Origin: an uncultured Victivallales bacterium | Lineage (GTDB): Bacteria > Verrucomicrobiota > Lentisphaeria > Victivallales > UBA1829 | Direction of reading: 5' to 3' | NCBI GenBank assembly: GCA_944391115.1 | Contig: CALXSJ010000012.1 | Coordinates: forward strand, 41,630 to 105,629 | Length of the DNA: 64,000 nt | In this document: in pieces, positions 53,064-61,887 of the stretch | Layout: each line of letters starts with the position of its first letter | Numbering within the stretch: the first letter of the stretch is position 1 | Translations under genes and position numbers: made by a program | Notes under the pieces: generated by a model | Databases searched by the model: none | Told to the model about the DNA's origin: nothing | Seen by the model: the letters and a program-made list of their open reading frames with translations, nothing else

Positions 53064-54311
53064 TCAGTCGCAGGTTCCGGTGGCGTCCGCGTTCTCCCGC
53101 AGATCACGGCCTTGTCCTGCGCGGCGGCGTCCGCGTCTGCGCTTTTCCCTGCGCGGTTCAGGAGGAGGAAGCTGTTCCTCGTAGCGCCAGAATTTCCACA
53201 TGACATTGTTCTGGATGACTGCAAGCTCCCGTGCGTGAGGATAGCCGGGATGGGAAGGCAGTCTTTTCAGCTGCAGGGTTTTGACCCGTTCCTGGAGCAG
53301 AAGAGTGCGGATGGCCGCCGCAACCGCGCGGCGGGTCGGCATGCCCGGCTGAAGCACTTTCAGCAGAATCTGATGCAGGCGGACGGGAAGATCCGGCACA
53401 TATTCCCAGAGTTGTCCGGGTTCGCGGCCGGAGATCAGTTTTTCTGCGAAGGGAAGGGTCAGGATCGACATTGCCAGGGAAATGCTGTCACGGTATTTCC
53501 CCTCCAGGATGCGGCGGTTGCGTTCCGCAAGCAGCTTCATCATGTAGTCGCACTGCGGAGTTCCCCAGCTGGATTCCACGAAAGGCAGGAAGAGTTTCAG
53601 AAATCCGTATTTGTGGAAGGTGTCCAGAATCAGATGCCCGTAGGGGTTTTTCAGAATCTTTTCCAGTTCCAGTGTCATCCGGGACGCGGATGCGTGAAGG
53701 ATGAACGGGAGACATTTGAGAACGGCGCATTCGGTCGCGGAATCCATTGTGAAGCCATACTGTCCGACCAGCTTGAGCGCGCGCAGAATGCGGACGGGAT
53801 CCTCCTCAAAACGGAGTTCCGGCTCTCCGATCGAACGGACCGTTTTTTCCGCAAGATCCTTCATGCCCATGCCTGTGTAGTCCACAATCCTGTCATTGAC
53901 CGGGTCGTAGAAAATCGCGTTGATCGTGAAATCGCGCCGCCATGCGTCTTCTTCGGCCGTGCCGAACTCGTTGTCCTGGAAAATCATGTGGGCGGGCGCC
54001 TGTTTTCCGGGTCTGCGCAGTTCCGTCTGATCCGGCGGCCGTCTGCGGAAGGTGCTGATTTCGATAATTTCTCCGTGGTGGTGCAGGTGCACGAGGCGGA
54101 AGCGTTTCCCGATAATCAGGACATGACGGTCCCGGAAGACTTTCCTGATCTGTTCCGGCGTTGCCGACGTGGACAGATCGTAGTCTTTCGGCTGGCGGTT
54201 CAGAAGAAAATCACGGACCGCGCCGCCGACAACATAGGCTTCATATCCGGCTTCCTGAAGCCGGGAGATGATTTCAACGATGTAAGGGGCGATTTTGGGT
54301 TGTAACTGCAT
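53064..54311 (-). CDS. pcnB: poly(A) polymerase I / tRNA nucleotidyltransferase family, PcnB-like
   Basis: YVVGGAVRDFLLNRQPKDYDLSTSATPEQIRKVF, RFRLVHLHHHGEIIEISTFR, DNEFGTAEEDAWRRDFTINAIFYD and EDPVRILRALK parallel E. coli PcnB. Arg-rich C-terminal tail. Confidence 0.75.
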   Translation of the reverse strand: MQLQPKIAPYIVEIISRLQEAGYEAYVVGGAVRDFLLNRQPKDYDLSTSATPEQIRKVFRDRHVLIIGKRFRLVHLHHHGEIIEISTFRRRPPDQTELRRPGKQAPAHMIFQDNEFGTAEEDAWRRDFTINAIFYDPVNDRIVDYTGMGMKDLAEKTVRSIGEPELRFEEDPVRILRALKLVGQYGFTMDSATECAVLKCLPFILHASASRMTLELEKILKNPYGHLILDTFHKYGFLKLFLPFVESSWGTPQCDYMMKLLAERNRRILEGKYRDSISLAMSILTLPFAEKLISGREPGQLWEYVPDLPVRLHQILLKVLQPGMPTRRAVAAAIRTLLLQERVKTLQLKRLPSHPGYPHARELAVIQNNVMWKFWRYEEQLPPPEPRREKRRRGRRRAGQGRDLRENADATGTCD

Positions 54312-54330
54312 GGGTTTGAGTCATTAATGT

Positions 54331-56001
54331 TTACTGATACTGCGTGGAATACGGTTTCTGAATGACGGTGTCGACTCCGTCCATCGCCGGATCGCGGCGC
54401 GGATAGTCCGCATTGTAATGAAGCCCGCGGCTTTCGTGGCGGAGCATGGCGGAATCGATGATGAGTTCTGCGACCGTCGCGATGTTGCGCAGTTCGATCA
54501 GATCGCTGGTGATATGGAAGTCCCAGTAATATTTCTCGATTTCCTTCTGAATGTTCCGGATGCGCGTTTTCGCGCGTTCGAGACGCTTGTCCGTGCGGAC
54601 GATGCCCACGTAATCCCACATGAAGCGGCGGATCTCGTCCCAGTTGTGGGAGATGACGATCTGTTCGTCGGAGTTTCTGGCGTTTCCGGTTGTCCAGGTC
54701 GGGATCGGATGGCTCGGGCGGATCGTCCGGAGATGTTCGAGGTTCTCCGCAATGTGCTGCGCGGAGCGGTTCGGCATCACGATCGCCTCAAGCAGACTGT
54801 TGCTGGCAAGACGGTTCGCTCCGTGCAGTCCCGTGCAGGCGGTTTCGCCGACCACATACAGTCCGTTGATGCCGGAGAAGCCGTGGAGGTCGGTCTGCAC
54901 GCCGCCGCAGCTGAAGTGCGCGCCCGGAACGACCGGAATCGGCTGCTCGGCAATGTTGATGCCGAGCTCCAGGCATTGCGCGAAAATGCGCGGGAAACGC
55001 TTTTTCAGAAACTCCTCGCTTTTATGCGTCATGTCCAGATACGCGCAGACCTGTCCGGTGCGTTTGAGCTCGTTGTCGATTGCGCGCGCCACAACGTCGC
55101 GCGGAGCAAGGCTCTTCATCTCGTGATAGTTCTGCATGAACGGCGTGAATTCCCCTCTGCGGTACTGCATCTTGAGCGTTCCGCCTTCGCCGCGCAGCGC
55201 TTCGCTGATGAGGAAGGAGCGCACTTTCGGATGGTAGAGGAGCGTCGGATGGAACTGATAAAACTCCATGTTTGCGATTTTCGCATGGGCGCGGTATCCC
55301 ATGGCGACGCCCGCGCCGCAGGCGACGTCCGAATTGCAGGTGCACAGATAGACCTTGCCGCAGCCGCCGGTCGCCAGAGAGGTGCTGTAGGACAGGAATG
55401 TCCTGACCGTTTCATTCCTGATGTCGAGCACATAGGCGCCGAGGCAGGTGTCCGCGCCCATCCAGCCGAGCCGTGCGGTCGTTATCAGGTCGATCGCGCT
55501 GTGATGCTCGAAGATGTGGATGCGCGGATTCTTGCGGCAAGCCTCGATGAGGGCGCGTTCGACCTCTTCACCGGTGATATCGCCGGCATGGATCACGCGG
55601 CGTTTCTTGTGTCCGCCTTCTCGCCCGAGGTCGAATTCATCCTTGTGCGCCTCATTCTGGTCGCCGAGTTCTCCGCGTGTCGTGAAATGTGTTCCGATTT
55701 CCGTGAGCCACCGGATGCGTTCCGGACCCGCCTCCACGATGCTCCGGACGCTTTCCGGATTGCAGAGATGGTCGCCCGCGTTGATGGTGTCGGCAATATG
55801 TTCGTCGAAGGAGTCCTCCTGATCCGTGACGCAGGCGATGCCCCCCTGCGCGAGCCTGCTGTTGCAATCTTCCACGGCGCCTTTCGTGACAACGGCGATT
55901 TCCCCTGTGCATTTTTCCGCAAGCATCAGAGCGCTGGAAAGACCGGCAAGACCGCTCCCGATGACCAGATGCTCAAAAAATATTTCTTGATTGGAATCCA
56001 T
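54331..56001 (-). CDS. nadB: L-aspartate oxidase
   Basis: 556 aa. FAD-binding LVIGSGLAGLSSAL, AQGGIA, FYQFHPT and HFSCGGV fit the succinate dehydrogenase/fumarate reductase flavoprotein family at NadB length. Confidence 0.85.
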   Translation of the reverse strand: MDSNQEIFFEHLVIGSGLAGLSSALMLAEKCTGEIAVVTKGAVEDCNSRLAQGGIACVTDQEDSFDEHIADTINAGDHLCNPESVRSIVEAGPERIRWLTEIGTHFTTRGELGDQNEAHKDEFDLGREGGHKKRRVIHAGDITGEEVERALIEACRKNPRIHIFEHHSAIDLITTARLGWMGADTCLGAYVLDIRNETVRTFLSYSTSLATGGCGKVYLCTCNSDVACGAGVAMGYRAHAKIANMEFYQFHPTLLYHPKVRSFLISEALRGEGGTLKMQYRRGEFTPFMQNYHEMKSLAPRDVVARAIDNELKRTGQVCAYLDMTHKSEEFLKKRFPRIFAQCLELGINIAEQPIPVVPGAHFSCGGVQTDLHGFSGINGLYVVGETACTGLHGANRLASNSLLEAIVMPNRSAQHIAENLEHLRTIRPSHPIPTWTTGNARNSDEQIVISHNWDEIRRFMWDYVGIVRTDKRLERAKTRIRNIQKEIEKYYWDFHITSDLIELRNIATVAELIIDSAMLRHESRGLHYNADYPRRDPAMDGVDTVIQKPYSTQYQ

Positions 56002-56116
56002 TTTTTTTACGCCTTATTTCCATTTGCGCTTTTACTTTTCGCATAAAACCGGTAAATTACATCCTGTTTGGTCTTTTTGCGAATTTCTAACAATATTTTC
56101 ACGGGATTTTTTTCTT

Positions 56117-57886
56117 ATGGAACAGTCTGACTGCCCGGAAATGGCGGAAGCGCGGCGTCTCGCCTTTGATTCGGGACGCCTCAAAATCTTGCTGGAACTG
56201 CTGCTCGCCGCGCTCTGCGGATGGGCTTACGCGGGGATCTTCGAGGAGGTGTCGCTCTCTTTCCTTGCGTGGTTCGGACTTCTCCCTCTTCTGATGTTTG
56301 CGCTGGGCCGCCGTCCGAAGCATCTGATCCTTCCCGCCTTTGTCTGGAGTTATGCTTGGAGTCTGACCAGTTTCTTCTGGCTGCGTGAAATCATGTGGTT
56401 CATCCCGTTCGTGCTCTGCCTGCTTCTCGCCGTCTTCCCGACGCTCTGGGCGCTTGCCGTGCCGTTTTTCTTCCGGAATCTGCTGATCCCGGTGAAAGTC
56501 CGCCTCGACGGGTGTGACGCGGTCCGGTGTTTCCGGAACTTCAATCCGTTTCTGGAAGTCGCCTTCTGCCTTGCCCTGGCCGCGTGGTGGTGCATTCTCG
56601 AATGGACGAAATCCTGGCTGTTCACGGGGCTGCCGTGGAACTATCTCGCCGCCAGCCAGTGGAAAATGCTTCCCGTGATCCAGATCTGCGAATACACCGG
56701 CGTCTACGGGGTAAGCTTCCTGATCGTGACGGTGAACGTTTCACTCGGGCTTTTTCTGAAAAAACTGCTTTCGCCGTCGAAGTCGCGCGTTTACTGCCGG
56801 CCCTATGCCCTGATGTTCGCCTGCGCACTGCTTCTGCTCTCCATGATTGCCGGCGCGTCGCTTCTGAAACAGCGCAGGAACGAGTATGCCGATCCGGTTT
56901 TCTTTCACGCGGGCATTGTTCAGCCGAATCTCTCGCAGCGCCGCCAGGCGAATATGGAAAAGGCGGCCGAGGCCCTTGATGTCTGCGTGTCGCTGAGCCG
57001 CGCGCTCTTCCAGGCGGGAAAGGCGCGTCCCGACGTGGTCATCTGGCCGGAGACGGCGGTGCCGTGTTCCTACAATGCGGCATCGGAATTCGCCGCCCGC
57101 TACCGGACGGAGCTGTTTTCGATGCTCCTGAAGTATCAGGTCCCGTTTGTGGTCGGAACGATTTTTCTGGAGCGGAATGCGGTCGATCCCGAAAAAATCG
57201 AGATCTACAATTCCGCACTTCTCCTGAAGCCGGGCCGCGGTGTCGCGGATCGCTACAGCAAGGAGCATATCGTGCCTTTCGGCGAGTATGTCCCTTACAG
57301 TGAAACGTTCCCGTGGCTGGCCCGGGCCGCCGGCATGGGACGCAATCTCACGCGCGGCAAACGCTTCAATCCGCTGGAGCTTGCCCCGGATGTCCGGGCC
57401 GGCGTTTCGATCTGCTATGAGGATGTTTACGCATATGTGTCGCGGAACCATGCGAAGAACGGGGCGAACGTGCTGCTGGTCATCACCAACGACGCATGGT
57501 ATCCGACGAGTTTCGAGCCGGCCCAGCATTTCGCCAATTCCATCTTCCGGACCGTCGAGACGCGCCTTCCCATGATCCGCTGCGGCAATCTGGATTATTC
57601 CGCTGTGATTCTGCCGAACGGCCGGATCGCCGGAGCCCCGGTGGAAAAAGACGGCGTTCCCGATCCAGCCTGGCGCGGACGCGTTTCCGCGACACTTTCC
57701 GTTCCCGTGCCGCGCGATCCGAAGCCGACCTTCTACACCCTTTACGGCGATGTGTTCATCGGATTCTGCGCCGCCTTCCTGCTGTTTGCGCTGGCGCTTG
57801 CCGTGCTGAACTGGAAAACGGAAAAGGATCTGCTCCGCGCGGCTTTGTGCGGAAGCGGAGATTCCTCCCCCGCATCCTCCTCCTGA
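56117..57886 (+). CDS. lnt: apolipoprotein N-acyltransferase
   Basis: Start at MEQSDCPEM (ATG 56117). N-terminal polytopic region, then a CN-hydrolase domain with VVIWPETAVP, KEHIVPFGEYVP and VSICYEDVY (catalytic Cys). Confidence 0.85.
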   Translation: MEQSDCPEMAEARRLAFDSGRLKILLELLLAALCGWAYAGIFEEVSLSFLAWFGLLPLLMFALGRRPKHLILPAFVWSYAWSLTSFFWLREIMWFIPFVLCLLLAVFPTLWALAVPFFFRNLLIPVKVRLDGCDAVRCFRNFNPFLEVAFCLALAAWWCILEWTKSWLFTGLPWNYLAASQWKMLPVIQICEYTGVYGVSFLIVTVNVSLGLFLKKLLSPSKSRVYCRPYALMFACALLLLSMIAGASLLKQRRNEYADPVFFHAGIVQPNLSQRRQANMEKAAEALDVCVSLSRALFQAGKARPDVVIWPETAVPCSYNAASEFAARYRTELFSMLLKYQVPFVVGTIFLERNAVDPEKIEIYNSALLLKPGRGVADRYSKEHIVPFGEYVPYSETFPWLARAAGMGRNLTRGKRFNPLELAPDVRAGVSICYEDVYAYVSRNHAKNGANVLLVITNDAWYPTSFEPAQHFANSIFRTVETRLPMIRCGNLDYSAVILPNGRIAGAPVEKDGVPDPAWRGRVSATLSVPVPRDPKPTFYTLYGDVFIGFCAAFLLFALALAVLNWKTEKDLLRAALCGSGDSSPASSS

Positions 57887-57965
57887 GGCGTCCGCTCTTT
57901 CCGGGATTTCCGCCGCGGCTCTTGCTGACGCTTTTCCCCATGAAACGGCGGAGCGGACGGAGGTT

Positions 57966-58469
57966 TTACAGCGTCTTCAGAAAATCTTCCGCCTCGCGCC
58001 GGGAAAACAGGCGGATCAGCCTGCACTCCGGCGGACGGGCGGCAAGACATTCTTCCATCTTCGGAGCCGTGACGCGTTCATAATTCCAGATGAAGCGCAG
58101 AAACGGGAGATCGATTTTTTCCGGGCATCCCGGATCAAGTTCCGGCCGGTTCCGTCCGGAATAGCGGAGACGGCGGAGCAGGACTCCCGCAAGGCAGCGG
58201 AGCCGGGAACAACGCAGGAAGATCACCGTGTCGGCAGATTCCAGGCGCCGCGCCAGGGTTCTTCCATAATTGCCGTCAATGATCCATCGGCTTCGAGCCA
58301 GTTCTTTCTCCAGCAGTGCGTCAAATTCTTCCCGGGGCCGCTCCCTCCAGCCCGGGAGCCAGAAGAGGCGGTCAAGGGGAACCACCGGAAGTCCGAGTTT
58401 CTCTCCGAGTTTCCGTGAAAATACGCTTTTGCCCGCGCCGCAGCATCCGATGACCAGAATCCGTCTCAT
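57966..58469 (-). CDS. P-loop NTPase, adenylate-kinase-like (FlaR/topology-modulation-type)
   Basis: MRRILVIGCCGAGKSVFSRKLGEKLGLPVVPLD contains a Walker A motif. 167 aa. Confidence 0.7.
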   Translation of the reverse strand: MRRILVIGCCGAGKSVFSRKLGEKLGLPVVPLDRLFWLPGWRERPREEFDALLEKELARSRWIIDGNYGRTLARRLESADTVIFLRCSRLRCLAGVLLRRLRYSGRNRPELDPGCPEKIDLPFLRFIWNYERVTAPKMEECLAARPPECRLIRLFSRREAEDFLKTL

Positions 58470-58639
58470 GATTCATCATATCCTTATGTCTCCCGTCCAG
58501 ACGGTTTGCCTCATCCGGGAATGCGTTAAAGTAGCATGATCCGGCGGGATTTCAAAGAATCCGCCCGCCTCTTTTCCCCGCTTTTTTCAGCGGGAGCGAA
58601 GAATGGGCATAAAATTTGGAATTCCGTCTGAAAACGGAT

Positions 58640-58668
58640 TTGACATCAACTTTCTGTGATGCTATAGT
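58640..58668 (+). promoter_or_regulatory. sigma70-type promoter of the EF-G-like gene
   Basis: TTGACA (58640-58645), 17 nt, TATAGT (58663-58668). About 110 nt of leader, then a GGGAG SD before ATG 58783. Confidence 0.55.
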
Positions 58669-58782
58669 CAAACCGAAAATGCTCGGGAAACCGTGTTTTC
58701 CGGTTGAATTTTTTCAGGAAACTCCGGTGGATTTCTGTTTTCCGCCTTTGTTTCCTTAACCCAAAATAAACGGGAGACAAGT

Positions 58783-60810
58783 ATGAAGTTTGAACCAAAC
58801 AAAATCAGAAATTTCGTTGTGGCCGGCCACAGCGGCAGCGGTAAAACCTCTCTCTGCGATCTGATGCTCTACAAGGCGAAAGCCGTCGAGCGTCTGGGTT
58901 CCGTCGATACCAAAACGAGCGTATCGGATTTCACGCCGGATGAACAGGAAAAAGGTTCGAGCATCTATACTTCATACATGAGCTGTGAATGGAACGGCTT
59001 CCGTTTCTTCTTCTCCGACACTCCCGGATACGGCCCGTTCATCGGCGAGGTGATCCCCGCCTACCGCGCCAGCGGCGCGGCTCTGGTCGTTCTCGACGCG
59101 GCGAACGGCCTTGAGATCGGCGCCGTCCGCGCATTCAAGCTGGGCAAGGCGTTCGACATTCCGAAACTGGCGCTTGTGAACCGCATGGACCGCGACAACG
59201 CGGATTTCTTCAAGGTGGTCCAGCAGCTGCAGGACGCCTACGGAAAGAACGTTGCCGTCCCGATGACGCTTCCCGTCGGCAGCGGCGCGAAATTCGAGCG
59301 TGTCGTGAGCGTTCTCGGCGATGCTTCGCAGATCCCCGACGATCTGAAGGATTACGCGGCGAAATGCAAAGAGATTCTGCTGGATACCGTCGCCGAGGCC
59401 GATGAAGCGCTGATGGAGCGCTATCTCGGCGGAGAGACGCTGACCGAGGCGGAAATCCTCCGCGGTCTGCATGATGCCCTCAAGAGCGGCGCGCTGATCC
59501 CGATTTTCGCCGGCAGTGTCGCGAAGGATATCGGTATCGAGGAGGTCATGAACGGTATTATCAACATCAGCCAGAGCCCGCTTGAACGCACGCGCGTCGC
59601 CAGCGACGGCACGATCGTGAAACCCGCCGAGGACGGCCCGGCCGCCGCTTTCGTCTTCAAGACTGTGATTGATCCGCATGTCGGACAGTTCGCCTTTTTC
59701 CGCGTTCTGACCGGAAAGATCCGGGAAAACTGCGATATGCTGAACCTGAACAACGGCACGAAGGAACGGCTCGGTCATCTGATTTTCCTGAACGGCAAGA
59801 GTCAGATTCCGATCGAGGAGGCATGTCCGGGATGCATCTGCGGCGTCGCCAAGCTGCGCGCGACAAAAACCGGCGATACCCTCGGCGAAAACAACCAGTG
59901 CCATGTGATGTCCCAGATGGAATTTCCCGCGCCCGTGATCTCCTACGCGATCACGGCGGCCAAGAGCGGCGACGAGGAAAAAATCATGTCCGGGCTTCAG
60001 AAGCTTTGCGAATGCGACCCGACGCTGCATATCACAACGAATCATGAAACCCACGAGGCGATCTTCAGCGGCATGGGCGAACAGCATCTGCAGATCGCGC
60101 TGCGCCGTCTCAAGGAACTGACCAAGACCGATGTGGTCGTTTCCACGCCGAAGGTGCCGTACCGCGAAGCGATCAACGGCAGGGCCGAAGGCCATTACCG
60201 CCATAAAAAACAGTCCGGCGGACACGGGCAGTTCGCGGAAGTTTATCTGCGGATCGAACCGAGCGAGGAAAAATTCCAGTTCGCCAACGAGGTTGTCGGC
60301 GGCGCGATTCCGAAGAACTTCATTCCCGCCGTGGAAAAGGGCGTTCTCGAGGCGATGGAGCGCGGCCCGCTTGCAGGATGCGTCGTGGAAAATGTGAAAG
60401 TGACCGTCTATGACGGCAAGTTCCATGATGTGGACTCCTCGGAAATGGCGTTCAAGATCGCAGCGCGCCGCGCGTTCAATGACGCAATGGCGAAGGCGAA
60501 TCCCGTGCTGCTTGAGCCGGTCATGTCCGTGAAGATCATCATTCCCGGGGAATACATGGGAGATATCACTGGCCATCTGAATCACAAGCGCGGACGCATT
60601 CTCGGCATGGACAGCGAAGACGGCATGCAGGTGCTTCTTGCGGAAATCCCGCAGGCGGAGCTTGCAAAATACGCGACGGAACTCCGCTCCATGACGCAGG
60701 GGCAGGGCACGTTTGAAATGGCTTTCGCCCGCTACGAGATGGTTCCGACGAATGTCGCGAACGAGATCATTGCCAAATTCAAGGCGGAACACGCCGAAGA
60801 AGAGGATTAA
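58783..60810 (+). CDS. elongation factor G paralog (EF-G-like GTPase)
   Basis: 675 aa with the five-domain EF-G length. G1 is AGHSGSGKTS, G3 is DTPGYGPF and G4 is NRMD. It is not linked to rpsL/rpsG/tuf. Confidence 0.85.
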   Translation: MKFEPNKIRNFVVAGHSGSGKTSLCDLMLYKAKAVERLGSVDTKTSVSDFTPDEQEKGSSIYTSYMSCEWNGFRFFFSDTPGYGPFIGEVIPAYRASGAALVVLDAANGLEIGAVRAFKLGKAFDIPKLALVNRMDRDNADFFKVVQQLQDAYGKNVAVPMTLPVGSGAKFERVVSVLGDASQIPDDLKDYAAKCKEILLDTVAEADEALMERYLGGETLTEAEILRGLHDALKSGALIPIFAGSVAKDIGIEEVMNGIINISQSPLERTRVASDGTIVKPAEDGPAAAFVFKTVIDPHVGQFAFFRVLTGKIRENCDMLNLNNGTKERLGHLIFLNGKSQIPIEEACPGCICGVAKLRATKTGDTLGENNQCHVMSQMEFPAPVISYAITAAKSGDEEKIMSGLQKLCECDPTLHITTNHETHEAIFSGMGEQHLQIALRRLKELTKTDVVVSTPKVPYREAINGRAEGHYRHKKQSGGHGQFAEVYLRIEPSEEKFQFANEVVGGAIPKNFIPAVEKGVLEAMERGPLAGCVVENVKVTVYDGKFHDVDSSEMAFKIAARRAFNDAMAKANPVLLEPVMSVKIIIPGEYMGDITGHLNHKRGRILGMDSEDGMQVLLAEIPQAELAKYATELRSMTQGQGTFEMAFARYEMVPTNVANEIIAKFKAEHAEEED

Positions 60811-60836
60811 GCTCCTCTGTTTCCGTCAGAATGAAG

Positions 60837-60871
60837 AAACCGCGCGCAGCATTCCCCTGCCGCGGTTTTTT
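60837..60871 (+). terminator. intrinsic terminator of the EF-G-like gene
   Basis: Stem aaaccgcg/cgcggttt with inner cag/ctg pairs, then a T-run. It starts 27 nt after the stop. Confidence 0.7.
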
Positions 60872-60990
60872 CTTTTCCGGATTTCCGGTTTTCAGTTCCG
60901 CTTTTTCCTGCGGAGGAAATGCGGGGAAAACCAAGATTCCGCGGGAAAGCGCAGGCTTTCCTCCTCCAGAATCTCCGGAAGGGTGCAAAT

Positions 60991-61024
60991 AAAAAAAACG
61001 GATTCCGTGAAGAATCCGGTTTTC
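60991..61024 (-). terminator. intrinsic terminator of the 61045-61434 lipoprotein gene
   Basis: On the minus strand: 7-bp stem cggattc/gaatccg, then T8. Confidence 0.6.
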
Positions 61025-61044
61025 TGTCCGATTGCGGCCGTGGA

Positions 61045-61434
61045 TTACTGCGCGGCGACAACCTGAAGATCAGCCAGGCTGACCGTTCTGCCCAGTTCCC
61101 GGCTGAGCGCCTTTTCGATGGCTTCATTGCTCATGTCATCCATCTTGAGGGCGATCATGCCGGAACGGTCGATATCCTTGACGGAAGAGTGCTGGTTCGC
61201 TCTGACTTCGGCCTTTGTGTAATAGATGGTATTGTTGCTGTAATCAATGACCAGGGCAACGACACCGGGAATGATTCCGAAGAGAAAACCGCAGCAGTCA
61301 AGGATCAGCACGGTGGGGTCCACCTGGTTGGAGGCCTGCTGGCCTTTGCGTTCCCCGTGAAAGAGGGTTCCGCACGCTGTGAGTTGGAGTAAGAGGGTTC
61401 CGGCAAGGACGGTCAGCATTGTTTTTCTGAACAT
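61045..61434 (-). CDS. small lipoprotein of unknown function
   Basis: MFRKTMLTVLAGTLLLQLTAC has a lipobox. There is one further hydrophobic helix. AAAGGAGAG SD. Only the last 129 codons of ORF 61045-63015 are taken. Confidence 0.7.
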   Translation of the reverse strand: MFRKTMLTVLAGTLLLQLTACGTLFHGERKGQQASNQVDPTVLILDCCGFLFGIIPGVVALVIDYSNNTIYYTKAEVRANQHSSVKDIDRSGMIALKMDDMSNEAIEKALSRELGRTVSLADLQVVAAQ

Positions 61435-61887
61435 TTCAGCTCTCCTTTTTGCAGTTCTTGATTTTTCCTGGTTAGGACCCTTGACCATTCGAACTCTACA
61501 TTTATTCCGTTTTTTTTCAAGAGCGGGGGCGGAAATATATCGTTTTTTTCTGTGTCTTTCTGTATGTTTGAGTGCTTTGGCGCGATTTTTCTGCGGATGT
61601 TTCATCGGTCCGCATTTCCGGAATTTCATCCCGTACCGGCGTTTCCCGGTGTATTCCCGTGCATCCCGGATACAGACATGCATTCGTCGCAGGATAAGGT
61701 GGCGGGGATGGAATTCCTGAATGTGCTTCCCGGAGCATTTTTCCGCTTTTTCCGGAGCTTTTGCAACTTTTCCCCCGCCGACGCTTGCGAAACGGGAATC
61801 CTGGTGTAGATTATCGCGTGAATTTTCTGGTTTGCGGAAGCGGAGGATATTTTGAGAAAGCAGGAACGGAAGGCGGAGGATTCCGCC

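Noticed and set aside
54418-56046. 542-aa plus-strand ORF. The same pattern holds for 53112-54305, 21010-22101, 31919-33166, 11432-12823, 44960-46162, 46848-48023 and 40758-41906
   Set aside because: Each is antisense to a gene with clear family motifs (nadB, pcnB, GntR regulator, leuC, galE, SurA-like, spermidine-synthase-like, LamG/beta-helix). Each has low-complexity, Arg-rich translation. All are shadow ORFs.
58687-58720. Hairpin + T-run in the EF-G-like leader as a transcription attenuator or riboswitch terminator
   Set aside because: The stem is only 5 bp (aaccg/cggtt) with a 7-nt loop. That is too weak to call without expression data.
58972-60792. 606-aa minus-strand ORF
   Set aside because: It is antisense to the EF-G paralog, whose GTPase motifs are unambiguous. 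This is a shadow ORF.
61470-61500. tRNA-like GAGTTCGAATGG string (minus strand)
   Set aside because: The flanking bases cannot form a T-stem (tagag versus ggtca), and no acceptor or anticodon arms are present.
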